Assembly (NCBI GenBank): GCA_038496445.1
Contig: JALMLS010000329.1
Location: 186,001-250,000, forward strand
Source: Trichosphaerium sp. ATCC 40318
Lineage: Eukaryota; Protista; Tubulinea
Direction of reading: 5' to 3'
DNA: 64,000 nucleotides
This document shows, in pieces, positions 1 through 15,291 of this stretch. The translations under genes were made by a program, and so were the position numbers. The notes under the pieces are model-generated. The model ran no database searches. It was not told the origin of the DNA and saw only the letters and a program-made list of their open reading frames with translations. Each line of letters starts with the position of its first letter. The first letter of the stretch is position 1.

Positions 1-1663
1 TCATGAAGACTATTTTTACATATTAGAGCAGATAACAACTTTTCTTTTCAACTAGGAAATCGGGTATTCAGAAAAATCTCAATTCTTGCTTTGGTACTTT
101 TATCCTGAGGATCCTAAGGAAACTACAAATGATTACCTAGCAAAATTTAAGATTCCAGAAAACACACAATTGAGTATAACCATGCTTTTACATTTATACA
201 AAGGTAACAAACTTGACTTGTAAAAAAAAACCACAATTTACTACCGGCTTTGTTTTGCCATACTAATCACCCAATGTAGCGACAAGCTCAGATCCACAAG
301 AGACCTTCCCACCTAGATTTAAGTTATGTCCATTGTGGGAAAATTTCTTCTTCAAGGTGCGCAGGAGAGTAACATACAATTCTGGGAAGATTTTTCCGGA
401 AGCTGCTTTCCACTTTTTTTGGTTGTTGTTACACATCTTACGGATATTAGAATGTTGAATCTTCGTCAATGCACTACAGGAAGCTTCGTTTAACAGACCC
501 AAACTTACAAAAGTATCCTTATGTTGCGTCTGAGCTAAAGTCAGCAACAGAGCTATTAAACAATCATCTTGGAGGTGACATTGTTACGATAAAAGGTAAC
601 AATCTACATCTATACTAACGTATGGATAAAAATATGATTACCTAACAATGTTCAGATATTTTTGCAATTCAAAATGACTCTTTGGAATCCAGGTACGTGA
701 TCTACTTTAAAACCGTTTACAAGGGTTTTTTGAGTGAAAATATTGATTTATAAAATTACTCTTCCTACAGCGTGCTAAATAATACAGGTTTACTGACGCC
801 AAAGAAACATTTACTGCACGTCATATGTACGTATAATTTTATTGAAAACTTTAGTCTGCACTATCAATTAATACCGAAAAAACCAGGAATTCTCCAAGTA
901 TTTTCAAGAAAGATTGTTGGAAGACAAGTATTCGTGCTGGTGACAAGAACAAAGTTTATGAAGAATATCAGAAGTCTTTAAATAAATTTGGCTACAACAA
1001 CGCTGACACTGTAGGAGTGATACCAGCTCTCCATGTCACAAACTCAAATACAGTTGATGCTCTGTGTTCAGGTGGTTTCAGCGTTGTTTCTTCAATAGGA
1101 AAGTCCCATCAAAAAAAAAAATTGGTATTGACTTCTGACCTCTTACTTTAGACCCTGGTTGGTATGGTCAAGGCATTTACTTTACTACATCTCTAAAGTA
1201 CGCAAAGAAGTACTCGAGAGAGAAAACAAAGGTTGTAATAATATGCCATGTGCTGACAGGTACAAAATAGCAAGTGTAATACCGCTTTACTGATGCAATA
1301 CAAAAGGCAATGTGTACCCGGTGGTTGAAGGTCCATATGATAAGCAAGATAACTTTTTAGGAAAGCCAATCATGCCGGGATACCAGTCTCACTATGTTCG
1401 CGTTTCAAACAAGGGTTTACCGCCTAAAAAATTTGAATCTCTGTCTTCCACTTTTGATGAAATTGTTGTTGGTCAAGGTAAGGAATATTGAAGGAACGAG
1501 TATTTAAGACCGTTCTACTCTTTGTAAACAATAACTTGACTGATTTCTGTTGCTAGATGCTCAAGTACTACCAAAATATGTTGTCTATTTTGATGCCAAA
1601 AAAAGCAATGATGATGATTTTAGTGATGACGATGAACCCATTGATAGGAAATTGTGGGGATAA
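1..1663 (+). CDS. PARP-like ADP-ribosyltransferase domain protein (5' end outside window, multi-exon)
   Basis: Spliced translation ...VIPALHVT...GGFSVVSSIDPGWYGQGIYFTTSLKYAKKYS...VIICHVLTGNVYP...GYQSHYV...FDEIVVGQDAQVLPKYVVYF... has the PARP H-Y-E layout; stop TAA 1661-1663. Requires a GA-AG intron at 1099-1151. Confidence 0.75.
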
Positions 1664-1784
1664 ATTGCTTTTTGTGCAAATAAATACATACAGAAGTTGC
1701 TTCAAAAAAGCTGAGTGCCAATGTTTTACTTACTTGACACTAACAAGTTGAGACCCAAAAAGTGGACTCCTACTGTTACTATTG

Positions 1785-4451
<2,667 letters not shown>

Positions 4452-4954
4452 TGTATTGTTTAATACGTCTGTAATAAGTTGAACTGTTCCCACAAACGCT
4501 TCCAGATTAAGTCGGTCGGAACACGTGATAATTCAAAAACCGGAAAAGAACTAACGCATACATGGCACCCGTAGAGGTTGTCACGGTTTCACCAGTAGCA
4601 AGCAGCCAACATAGAGACACATGTCATAACTCCACAGATATGTTACAAAAGCAAATGACCATATTCTACCTCTATTTCCTCACTGGTTCTGTTTTACACG
4701 GCATAAAACTAACCCTCTAATCAATAAGCAGCTTTGTAACTAATTTATTTGACGTAATTGTACAGCACTATCACTTTAAACAACATAGTTGTTTCTGAAG
4801 AAGGAATAAAAAACTTGAATCAATCGTTCAATTGCATACTAACAAGCGAACTCTTAGTCATAATAGATGGTTGTTCGCAATTTGCAGGCTGTAATTATTA
4901 GTTTTGTTTTGTTTATTAAAAATCTAATGCAATGCAATTACTTTATTATTTGCT

Positions 4955-6378
4955 TTACAACGTAAGAGCAGCAACGAAGAGAGAAGCAACGAAAAGGGAG
5001 AATTGAACAAAAGTGCCTGCTGATGGAGCAATTGGTGCAGTTGGTGCTGTTGGTTCTGCTGTTGGTGGCATTAGAGCTGCTGTTGGTGCTTCTGTTGTTG
5101 GTGGTCCTGTTGGTCCTTGTGTTGTTGGTGTAGGCAAGAATTTTGACTCTTCTATTAAAACAGGCAATTAGCTTAAGTTCTTGGAGATAAGTCTTTTCTA
5201 CTAAAAACAAGGACGTACCACAAGTATAAGTAAAGCCGTTGACAGTAAGTTCTGACTCTGGGAAGTTAGGAATTTCAAATCCTCCAACCATTGAGGTTGC
5301 AGAGCAATTAGAAACAACTTCAAATTGTTCAATTGGTGGAGCTAAAACAAAAGTTAGCTTAAGTTGTAATTACATCTCGTTTTAAGTTACTCGAAATTGC
5401 AAAAAAAAACGTACAGAAACCCTGAATAGTAGCGACTAGTTGGGAGCAAACGACCTTAAAGCGTTCGCAAGCACTTCTACACATAGGTCTACGGAATGTA
5501 ACTACAGATAGAGTGAGAATGAGACAAACACAACGAAAAACGAAGTAAATAAACAAAAAGACGATAAAGAACAATTCTAGACGTACCACGATCGTTATCA
5601 ATGCATTCAGGGGAAAGATTTAAGCAAGTAATCTCATTGAAAGCATCAAGACAGCCTTCTTGTTGTGCAGCAATTCCTGTTGCAACAGGTAATAAGTTAG
5701 TCAATGTATCTGGGTACAAATCAGCCTACAAACGCTTAAATTAGTACGTTCTTTGCAGCTAGAAAGACTCTATTTGAAATCACGTACAAAGGTTGCATTT
5801 CCTAGAGTAAAAACGCTTGCAAAAGCGCCTACAGTGCTGTTACAAAGACCTATAGCTGCGTCTGGGGCGCCAGAGAAGTCTCTGCATGTTCCAAGGACTG
5901 CTTTCGAGAAAGGAGCTGTTGGCGCTTCTGTTGTTGGTGTTTCGGTTGTAGGCGCTGCTGTTGTAGGAGTTGCAGTTGGTGATGCTGTTGTTGGTGCTTC
6001 TGTTGTTGGTACCGCTGGTGCTTCTGTAGTTGGCACTACAGGTGCTTCTGTTGTTGGTACTACTGTTGTTGGAGCTACTGTAGTTGGTGCTACTGTAGAT
6101 GGCGCTACTGTAGTTGGAGCTACTGTAGTTGGAGCTTCTGTTGTTGGTACTTCTGTAGTTGGAGCTACTGTAGTTGGTGCTACTGTTGTTGGAGCTACTG
6201 TTGTTGGTGCTACTGTTGTTGGAGCTACTGTTGTTGGTGCTTCTGTTGTTGGAGCTACTGTAGTTGGTGCTTCTGTAGTTGGTGCTTCTGTAGATGGCGC
6301 TACAGTTGTTGGTGCCGCGGTTTGCGCAACAGCGCATGATAGTAGAAGAACAAAGCAAGAAAGTGTTGCAAGATGCAT
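4955..6378 (-). CDS. Secreted, probably GPI-anchored mucin-like protein with a Frizzled-type cysteine-rich domain
   Basis: Signal peptide [19 protein letters not shown]; PTT(V/E)AP repeats; spliced Cys domain [18 protein letters not shown]...[15 protein letters not shown]; hydrophobic C-terminus [15 protein letters not shown]. Confidence 0.75.
5925..6320 (-). repeat. 15-nt tandem repeat encoding a PTT(V/E)A mucin stalk
   Basis: Repeated (gttggt/gttgga)gct(a/t)ctgt(a/t) units on the + strand. Confidence 0.95.
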
Positions 6379-7022
6379 TGCGTATGGGAGGAGTTGGGAC
6401 AAACAATGCTTAACTGGTTTTCTAAATAAGGAAAATAGCTATAAAACTACATCGGTTTTACAGAAACAAAGGTTCTCACACGCACTCACGGCAACAGTTT
6501 TGTTGAAAAAACAAAACTTTCGCGCTTAGTATCTTGTTTTAGTGCGTCATCGCTACGCGTTCTCATATTCTCTTTGCGCCTCTAGAGAGGGCTTTATTTG
6601 TTTGTGAGCCGAATACGTTTGCGTTCATACAAACGAGTACGTTTAAGTAGACGTCTGATAAAACAACGCTAAAATAAACAATCTACGCGTAATAGTTGGT
6701 TTATACGGTTTCTAAAATAGTTTTCGTTGTTTTTTTGGTAAAAATCGCAACTTTGGGAAAAAGACGCCAAAACTATGCCTCAAAAGTTTTTTATGGGCCA
6801 GAAAGGAGTTGTAGACTTTCGGGAGTTTAACCGGCCATTTTTGTATTTTCGATAAAAGTAGCGCGTGTGTCACTTTTATCTTCCCATACCATTCGCATTC
6901 ACCTAATAATAATCACAAAAGCAAACACGGAAAGTTTCTCGATTTTCTGAACGAAGCACGTCGCGGAGTAGCGAAATTGTTGCAATGATAGCTTAGTTAA
7001 GTGTATTAATATTGTTTATAGA

Positions 7023-8465
7023 CTAAAGTGCCTTCAACCAGTTGATCAACACATTGTATGACGAAATATCGCTATGTGCGTTATAAAAACCATTAAGCGC
7101 TGCTTGAGCATCTGTCCAAGGCCAATCACTATTGTATGACCAAAACATAGAGCCGATAAAGTCGTTTTCAAACGCACAATCCATAAACTTTTGTGGCGTG
7201 TAAAAGTTACCTAATTATTAACGTCACGTGCACTGTTTTATTATTTCAAAAAAAGTGTTCGTTAGAGGTGAAGCAAACGTGCCTGCATCCGACGGTAATT
7301 CACCAACCAAAGTTGGTTTGTCTAGTTTCCAGTAGCTTGTATTTTCACGACCTGTAGGTGAAGATGAGACTAATAATTTTACAAAAAAAGTGAAAAAAAA
7401 GAACAAGACGTACATGGATCGTAACCCCATTGAGCATTATGCATCCAATCATAATAATGGACTTGGTAAAAGTCTAGAGTGCCTTTTTCAGATTTGTATG
7501 CGCTTGTAAGAGCGGTATCATTCCAGTAATTAGCTTCAGCTGGTGGAATAGCAGCAGAATTCCACTTCAAACAAGCTGATCCAGTAGTTACAGCAGCAGA
7601 GCTATAGTAAACCTTCAGAACACAACGTCTTAATCATAACACTAACCTATGCACGTGTACAGCTTCTGCTATCATGGAGTGAAAGCGTTGCATATCAATC
7701 AAAGGCACTTGAACCTAACCAAATGAATAACTAACATTTGTTCACTTGGATCTTTTTTACCTTTGTGTTTCCTGGACCTTTTATACCCCACTCTGGTTCA
7801 TTCATAACCTCGTATACTATATTATCAAACCCATTTAACGCATTAATCATAGGAACCAGTGCATTATCAATGTAGGATTGAGTCTTGGATACGTCAGTCA
7901 CTAGGTCTAAAGAACCAAAGTCAGTTGACCATGATCATAAAACTGAATAAAAAAAGAAAAACTCCGACTGAGTGACCTGGGTGTAATCCATTAGGCGCTA
8001 AGGCGGTAAATATTAGTACAATGAGACCACGAAAAGATGGCAGAAATGTCCAAAAAAATATTGTTACTGGCACGTGCCTCCACCCTTGAACATATCAAAG
8101 GACCACAATGAAAGTAACAACACAACTTCGTTTTCCTTTGCTATCGTCGCAAGTGCTTTAATATCGCTCAAAAATGTACTAGATAACCCTGAAACACTAC
8201 CGTCCTTTGCAAAAGAAGGCGAACCACGTCCATCGCAATGTACCCAAAATCTGGCCGAATTCACGTGATTGTTTTTACATGTCGTAAAAAACGTTTTAAA
8301 CCATGTAGAGTTGAACTCTCCAGTGCCAATGTCGTATCCAAAATTATTCCATGGAACATTAAGACCATTCCACCATGCTTTAGTAACGCTCTTAACGTGT
8401 TGACCCTGTACGAACAGTGGCAAGAGAAGACAAAATGTGGTAACAAGAAGCAACACTCGTGTCAT
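7023..8465 (-). CDS. Secreted glycoside hydrolase family 5, endo-beta-1,4-mannanase-like (GH5_10-type)
   Basis: Signal peptide; GLNVPWNNFGYDIG, RFWVHCDG, LSLWSFD, YEVMNEPEW (acid/base), LDFYQVHYYDW, LDKPTLVGELP (nucleophile), GSMFWSY; stop TAG 7023-7025. Confidence 0.85.
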
Positions 8466-8825
8466 TTTTTTTTTTCGAATAGTTCGTTCTTATGCGTTGG
8501 AATTAGCTTTCTTTTTGTTGGTTTTTAGGCCTGTGACAATTATTAGCAATAAATACACAGATACTAAAAGGGTTTTTACACCAAATTGGGTTTTTATAGG
8601 CTTTGATATTTTTTTTGCCTTCTGCCACGCAAGGTAACGAAATTAATGAGGTCAGAAGCTAGATAACTGGATAATGTACCTGTATACTATTAATAACGCA
8701 AAAAAGTATGTAGCACGTATTGCAGAGCTTTATAGAAGGACAAAAAGTGAATAACAGCACATTTGACTCTGTTAAGCCACGAAATTCGCCGACTTTCAAG
8801 TTATGGCGCCTACAAGCATAAAAGC

Positions 8826-10860
8826 ATGATATACGTAGATTGGGAAACCTACAGTGGTGCTTGTAAGAGTATTAGCGCATGGGAAAAGGCAAGCCGTTTG
8901 TCAGTAATTAAATATTAAAACAAACAATGTTAACAATACCTGACAGCGTAGTGTTATTGGTGAAGGGACATATGGCGTCGTTTGTAAGCCTTTGTACAAA
9001 AAACGAAGCTTTTAACTCTTTTAGATAGTGCCGTAGACAGACAAACGAAGAAAATGGTAGCTTTAAAGCAAGTACGAGTCATTTAGAAAAATTAATACGT
9101 CAATTCAGGGTTATAACGATTAAAACAAGGTTAGAATGGAACGAGAACGCGATGGGCTACCAATGACAAGTCTTCGGTACGCCTTTCCATCTCACTTTTC
9201 CTAACGCATCTAATTACCGTGACACTGACGCCAACGGTAGGGAAATAACTATTTTAAAGACAATAGACCACCCAAACATTGTCAAACTACAAGAAGTATG
9301 CGTAGGCATCAAAATGGATGAGTACGGCATTAAATCACTCTTTTTCTTTCATTTCAGCAACACTCATACATTTTGTGACGTTTTCTTTTTGACATTCAGA
9401 TTCTCACTTTTCTCTTCTTTTTTGTAGGATATTTCTTGTGTTTGAGTTCGTTGAACATGATATGTCTGACCTCATAGATGACATGAAAACAAACTTTAGA
9501 ATATCAGAAGTAAAGTGCTTATTACAGCAACTACTGCGTGCTGTATGTCATCTTCACAATCACTGGATAATACACAGAGATATAAAAATGTCAAACTTGT
9601 TATATAATGCGAAAGGTCAACTAAAGCTGGCAGATTTTGGTCTTGCTAGGACGTATAGTGCTCCTCCGGAGGCTAATAGTTTTACACCTACGGTACGTTT
9701 TAATAATTTTATTTTTTCTTGTCTTTTAGTCCATTTTATCACGTGATAAATCACGTGTTTGTGACAATAACAAATAAGTAATAATCATGTAAAAGGTTGT
9801 TACGTTATGGTACAGAGCTCCTGAGTTATTGCTTGGAGACGAAAATTACACAACTGGTATGTCATATTATTTTTTGTTTTGGGAAAAGAAAGGCCTTTTG
9901 TCACGGTCACTGTTACAGCTCTATTCATTCAAATCCTACTTTTTTTCCCACCAACATAACGACGTTTTATTCGCTTAAAAACAGCGCTTTCAATGCTACG
10001 AAGAATTTGAATGAAAGGAGCTGTGTACAACCAGTTAAGAAAGAAGTTTTCTTTGTTTCAACTGGTGAAAAAAAAAGAATGTTTTTCTCCTTTGTGTGGT
10101 ATTGGATTCTTAATTTAATCTGATTAAATTTTTTTATTATTATAGCTATAGATATGTGGTCTGTAGGATGTATATTTGGAGAATTCATGCTTCGCCGTCC
10201 TCTAATCGGTGGAAAAACAGAACTTGATCAAATTGCAAAAATGTTTAATTTATTAGGAACACCAAACGATAAAATATGGTACGACCTATTAAACATCTAA
10301 AAAAATCCACATTTACTCTATATATAACCTTATATTATAAAAAAAACAACACTAAATGAAGTTACACTTAGGCCAGGATTTTCAAAGCTGCCAAATTGTC
10401 AAAAGTTTAGGTTCCAGAAACAGCCTTATAATAACCTAAAACAGACTTTTCCAAACTTATCAAGGCTAAGCCTTGATCTACTAAACAGGTAAACCATTTA
10501 AAACAATGTTTTAAATCCAGCTCATCGTTCTCTCATTCTTTCGAAAACTGACATTTTTTTGTCTCTAGATTGCTTACATTTGATCCTAATAAGCGTATAA
10601 CTGCTCAAGAGGCTTTAAGACATCCTATGTTTGAAGATAAACCTCTTCCTAGAGACATTACGCTTATGCCAAGTTTCCCTTCAAGAAAACTAAAATCTTT
10701 TCAAGATGCCACAAAGAGAAAGTGAGTCACACCTCCTCCCTCTTTTCACTCATCCTCTTTAAATTTAAATCACTTATAAACTGTTTTTAGACGTAAAATG
10801 CGTGCTATTAGTGGACCAAGGAAGAAGTATAAAGAATTTAGAGGATCACTATTTATGTAA
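8826..10860 (+). CDS. Cyclin-dependent kinase, CDK10/CDK11 family
   Basis: IGEGTYGVVY, VALKQVRMERERDGLPMTSLREI, HRDIKMSNLL, LADFGLAR, VVTLWYRAPELLLG, IDMWSVGCIFGE, PNDKIWPGF; about 11 exons. Confidence 0.9.
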
Positions 10861-11163
10861 ACATTTTATGTTAAAATAACAAAAAAAATAGCCACAAATT
10901 ATGTGCTTGTACTTGATTTTCAGACCTTTCTTTAAAGCCAGTAATACAGAAAACCCATGCACTTTATTCTCCAGGTAGCAGTACAATGAATGCTATCGGG
11001 CTTCAGAGGTGTAGTATTTAGTAATTATGGGTTTTTTTAAAAATCAGTTTTTTGTACGTTGGAAAAGCGTTTTGGAGAGCTTGCTTAATGTGCGGATTTC
11101 GCAGTTGCCTTTTTCGGACTTGCTAAGTTAATCTTTCCGTAAAACTAGCAAAACCGTGGCAAC

Positions 11164-12881
11164 ATGTCTGTTGAACTATTTAGAGAGTGGACAGCTAAAA
11201 CATACGCCCAACAAGCAAAGGTAAATCATCTAAACTAAACAACTCTGGAGTCTATTGAAAGTATACCTTCTAATCGTTAAAATAGGGTTTTTTGAACGCA
11301 TACTGGGACTCTCAACAAGGTACTAACTTTATTCCGCTACTTTTTGTCTAACTCGTCTTAGCAAGCGCAGCAGAGGTAATTATACAAGTCAAAACCTGTT
11401 ACAGGCGTTTTCTATGCAGTTTTGGTTTGTTTGCTTATCCGGTACAATAGATTTACAAGTGGTACTTGTTGTTCGTAGAACTTGATGATGAGGATGGTAA
11501 AGGTACGTTCACTACTATTTTAATGATTTCAGCTCTTTTTCGCTTTTTACTTACTTGTTTTACGTTTAGAGGGTTCCGAATTAGATGAGTTTAATGCTCA
11601 TCGCTTTGTCGAAAAGCTTGGTGCTACTGTTACCGTAAAAGAAATGCGTGCAAATTTATTAGCCGCTGATTACGACAGAAACAAGAAACGTACGCACCGC
11701 TCTCCTAAGAACTTCTATTTCTGACGTGTGATAGTCGCTTTGCTCGAATACTGTATCTGGACATCCGGTAATACCATTGAAGACTTCCTAAAGCGCCCAC
11801 AAGGCAACCCAGGTAAATTTATCGAAATTCATTCCTAATGATCTTCTCTTCTAACGATGACATACAGAGGAGGTCCTCAAGTGCCAACAAGCGTTAGAAG
11901 AAGTACAAGCCGCTATGATTGAGGCAAATGAGAAAGCAGCTGCCGCAAAACAACGTAAACAAGAATCCCAACAAGCAGCTGTTGCCTCCAAGGTACGTTA
12001 ACATACAACTAACGTGTTTTGCATGAGATTAACGAATCCTTTAGAAAAGTGCCGAAGAATCTGCAGTTGCCGCAGAGCAAGCCAAGGAGACTGCCGCACA
12101 AGCACAAACAGCTGCTGACAGCGCTCGTGAAGCTGAAGAAGTATCACAACAAAAAGCAAAGTCTGCTACTGAGGCTGCTGAGGAGCTAAAACAAGCTCTT
12201 GCTGCACTTCAAGTACGTTTATTATTGAATAAGATGAGTTTTGAGCATAACGGACACTTTAGTCTCAAGAAGACGCTTACAACTCAAAAACAGAGGATCT
12301 TAAACAAAAGAGTGAGACTGGAGGTGTTGTATCACGTAATAGAGCAAAGAATGAGTTAGCTCAACATCTTGGAGAAGATCCTCTCCCCCTTAGACGTGCT
12401 AAGCTCACGCAACAAGCTGCTACTAAGAAAGCAGAAAAGACTAAAAAGATTGCAGATGAAGCTTATGCTTCAGCAAAAGCCAAAAAGGATGCTTCAGAAG
12501 CAGCTGAGGCTGATGCAACTGCCGCTCGTGATGCCGCAGCAGCTGCAGCTCAACAAGCAGAAGTAGCCGCAGAAGAAGCAGCTGCCGCTGCCGAAGAAGC
12601 TGAATCTGCAGCTGTAGCTGCAGATGCTGCTGTAGATGCTCTAGGTCAAAAGTTTGCTGACTGCGAAGCTGCCCTTGAAGAGGCAAAGAAGAACGCTGTA
12701 GCTCAAGGAGACGTCTGGGTACGATTTTTTGATCAAAATAGAAGAAACAATTGAGAAAGACTTCACTTCTTTTTTAGTTTTTATTTCTTTTAACTAATCA
12801 CGTGTTTAGTGGGTAGAGCGCGAACTTGAAGAAGCTAGAAAGTACATGCCAACACGAAGAGGTGGTATTGCTAAGAAGTAA
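11164..12881 (+). CDS. Calcium-regulated actin-bundling protein family (34-kDa/ABP34-like) with an expanded Ala-rich coiled coil
   Basis: Spliced translation FLNAYW...LDEFNAHRFVEKLG...DYDRNKK (EF-hand-like)...GGVVSRNRAKNELAQHLGEDPLPLRRAK...GDVWWVERELEEARKYMP; stop 12879-12881. Missed by the ORF track. Confidence 0.8.
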
Positions 12882-13058
12882 AAAATACAGTTTTTCTTGT
12901 ATTAACATAAAAAGTGGAACCCTTTTTCTTCATAAGACTGTACTCTGTGGGGTTTTTTTTTTCGAGAAACTGGGAGAAAAAAGCTGATACTATTTTTATT
13001 TGTTGGTTTTTTTTTAACCACAACATACTGTTGTTTACACGAGTCACACCTCAGCGAA

Positions 13059-14365
13059 TCATTCAGGGCACACAGCCTGTATGTTACAGTCGACTGTTTC
13101 AACAGTACCGTCAACACAACAAGTGGCATCGTTTCTACCACCTCCAATACGACCTGGCGAGGCTTGACCGTTGAATGTATTTGCAACAATGACATCAACA
13201 TCTTGACCACCATTTATCTGTGTTAATGATGGTGTTAGGTCCAATGTTGAATCCCAATTAGTCGCTTCTATGCGGTCCATGCCTAAAAACGCACAAGATT
13301 GTTAAAAAAACACGTGAACATTTCTATCTGAAAAAAAAAAATTTGAAGAAAATCTAGAAAATTATGACGTACCACGATCACCTTGAATGTCGTAGAACAA
13401 AACATTGTCGACAACAATACAATCTTCACCGTTAAATCCTATTTTACACAAAATTAGAACCATAGTCTGATTGAGAGTGGTTGTCCTTACCAAAAATTCT
13501 TCGGGCAACAGAAAACTCGAGTATAATCTCATCATCTCCATCTCCTCCAAAAACGTCACGCATTTGGCTGAGTAAAATTTGCTTCTTGTCGTGTTCTACC
13601 GCTTCTACTCCAGCTGCAGCTTGTCTCTTGGCATTGGTGCCTACGAACATACAATCGTTACCGCCCCCAAGAACAACATCACTAAATCCATTTCCGCGAC
13701 TAACAAGTTAGTAACAGGCAAGCAAAAAAAAAAAAAGAAACCACGTGACAAGAAGAGAAAAAAAAAAAAATCTCGGTACCGGACTTCAAGGCCAAACATG
13801 TTTATATGATCGTTTTCTGTGCCCATATCGATCTTTCCAGTAATAGCATCGATACCAGTTACACAATCACCATCAGCGCCTAAACAGTACAGTAAAAAAA
13901 AATTGCCAAGAAAAAACGCTTATTGTGGCGTTCAATACATACCCATCTTGATGTTACCAACTTGAGAGCCTGGACTCAGTAGTAACACATCTCGACCACC
14001 TCCCAAATTAATTTGTCCTGTAACTGTAGCGCCAACCCCAACATAAACACAATCATTGCTAAAGCCAGAAGCGCCAAAAATGCTACCAGTAATGACAGCA
14101 CCATCAGCTATATCAATGCAACCATTTTGAGGCAAATTAACTAGATACCAGGAGTTATTAAACAACTTGGACAAACAGGAGACAATTCGTTATGTGACGT
14201 ACTTCTGCCAGTTTGAGTGTTAATGGTGAAGCAACTGGTCATTCTTCGTGCATTACAGCTAGCGATCTGGTCTGCGTCACAAGCGCAATCTCTTAAACAA
14301 GTAGCCTGAGCATCAACGCAGTATGTAGCAACAGCTAAATACGTTAGACATACGGGCCTTTTCAT
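13059..14365 (-). CDS. Secreted Cys-containing protein with RTX-like GGxGxD beta-roll repeats
   Basis: Signal peptide MKRPVCLTYLAVATYCVDA; repeats LGGGRDVL, MGADGDCV, MGTENDHI, LGGGNDCM, FGGDGDDEI, FGFNGEDCI, QGDRGMDRI, NGGQDVDVI over about 6 exons. Confidence 0.65.
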
Positions 14366-15291
14366 CGTTTTTTCGGTTGGATGGGTTAAAATTGTATCTT
14401 CTCTATTTGTACGTACCAATAAAAGCCAAAACCAATAAAACCCTCATTATTATATTTAAATGCTGCTTATTGGGTACGAACAAGCGAATTTTGAACTGTT
14501 TGAGGTGTGAATCTTTGAGATTATTAAGATTTCAAATCTTTGGGTCATAGGTGATTGGCTATTAGAGTGACTACTATTTCTTTACGTTGGTTTTTGTAGT
14601 GAGATTTACTACAACCCGACGAGATCGGGGAGACGAGAAAAACATTCACTTTTTTTTCAGATTTTGTAAGTGCGTTTTTCGCCATTGTTGACTCGTGCGT
14701 TCTACGTGGTGCTTGTTTTGCGGCAAGATCACAGTATGGGGTTTTTCTGAAAAAGTCTATCTTACGCGCCTTTACAACGCAAAAAACAACGTAATTAGAC
14801 GTTTCTTATACACCTTAAACTCCTCGGAGCTCGTAGACTTGAGATCTTTTTGGAAGACACAAAAAACTAATTGTCACTATACATTTAGAGACTTGCATAA
14901 AGTACAGGCTTTTGTGCAAAGAGAAAAACAATTGTAAGCTCATGTAAAAGATTCATACACGCACGATTTTTTCGGCTGACGAATACAACCTGAAGTAAAG
15001 AGTGATTTTTACATCGCTTTGTAGTGCCTCACCATAAACAAGACAGCAGCGAGTACACGTGTACAACCAATTTGAACAAAAAATGAAAATTGGCAAGTTG
15101 GCAGCTTCAGAATCGATACGTATCTTACGTGCCTCAACAGGTTGAATAGTGTACAGGGTGTTGCAAGCAGTAAAATTGCTTTTAGCTGATTGCAGTACCT
15201 AGGAGCGAAAAAAAGAACGATTGAATTTTAAGCTGATTTCTGAAATCGTTTGACATTTATTAATAGCCGTAACGCGTGAAAATCAGCCAAT

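Noticed and set aside
5753-6529. 258-aa + strand ORF (VVGAT repeats) and 188-aa alternative-frame ORF
   Set aside because: Antisense and off-frame shadows of the mucin repeat; the minus-strand frame carries the signal peptide and downstream exons.
14420-15290. Possible small spliced gene in the intergenic gap
   Set aside because: Splice-like signals exist, but no coherent start-to-stop model or motif could be built.
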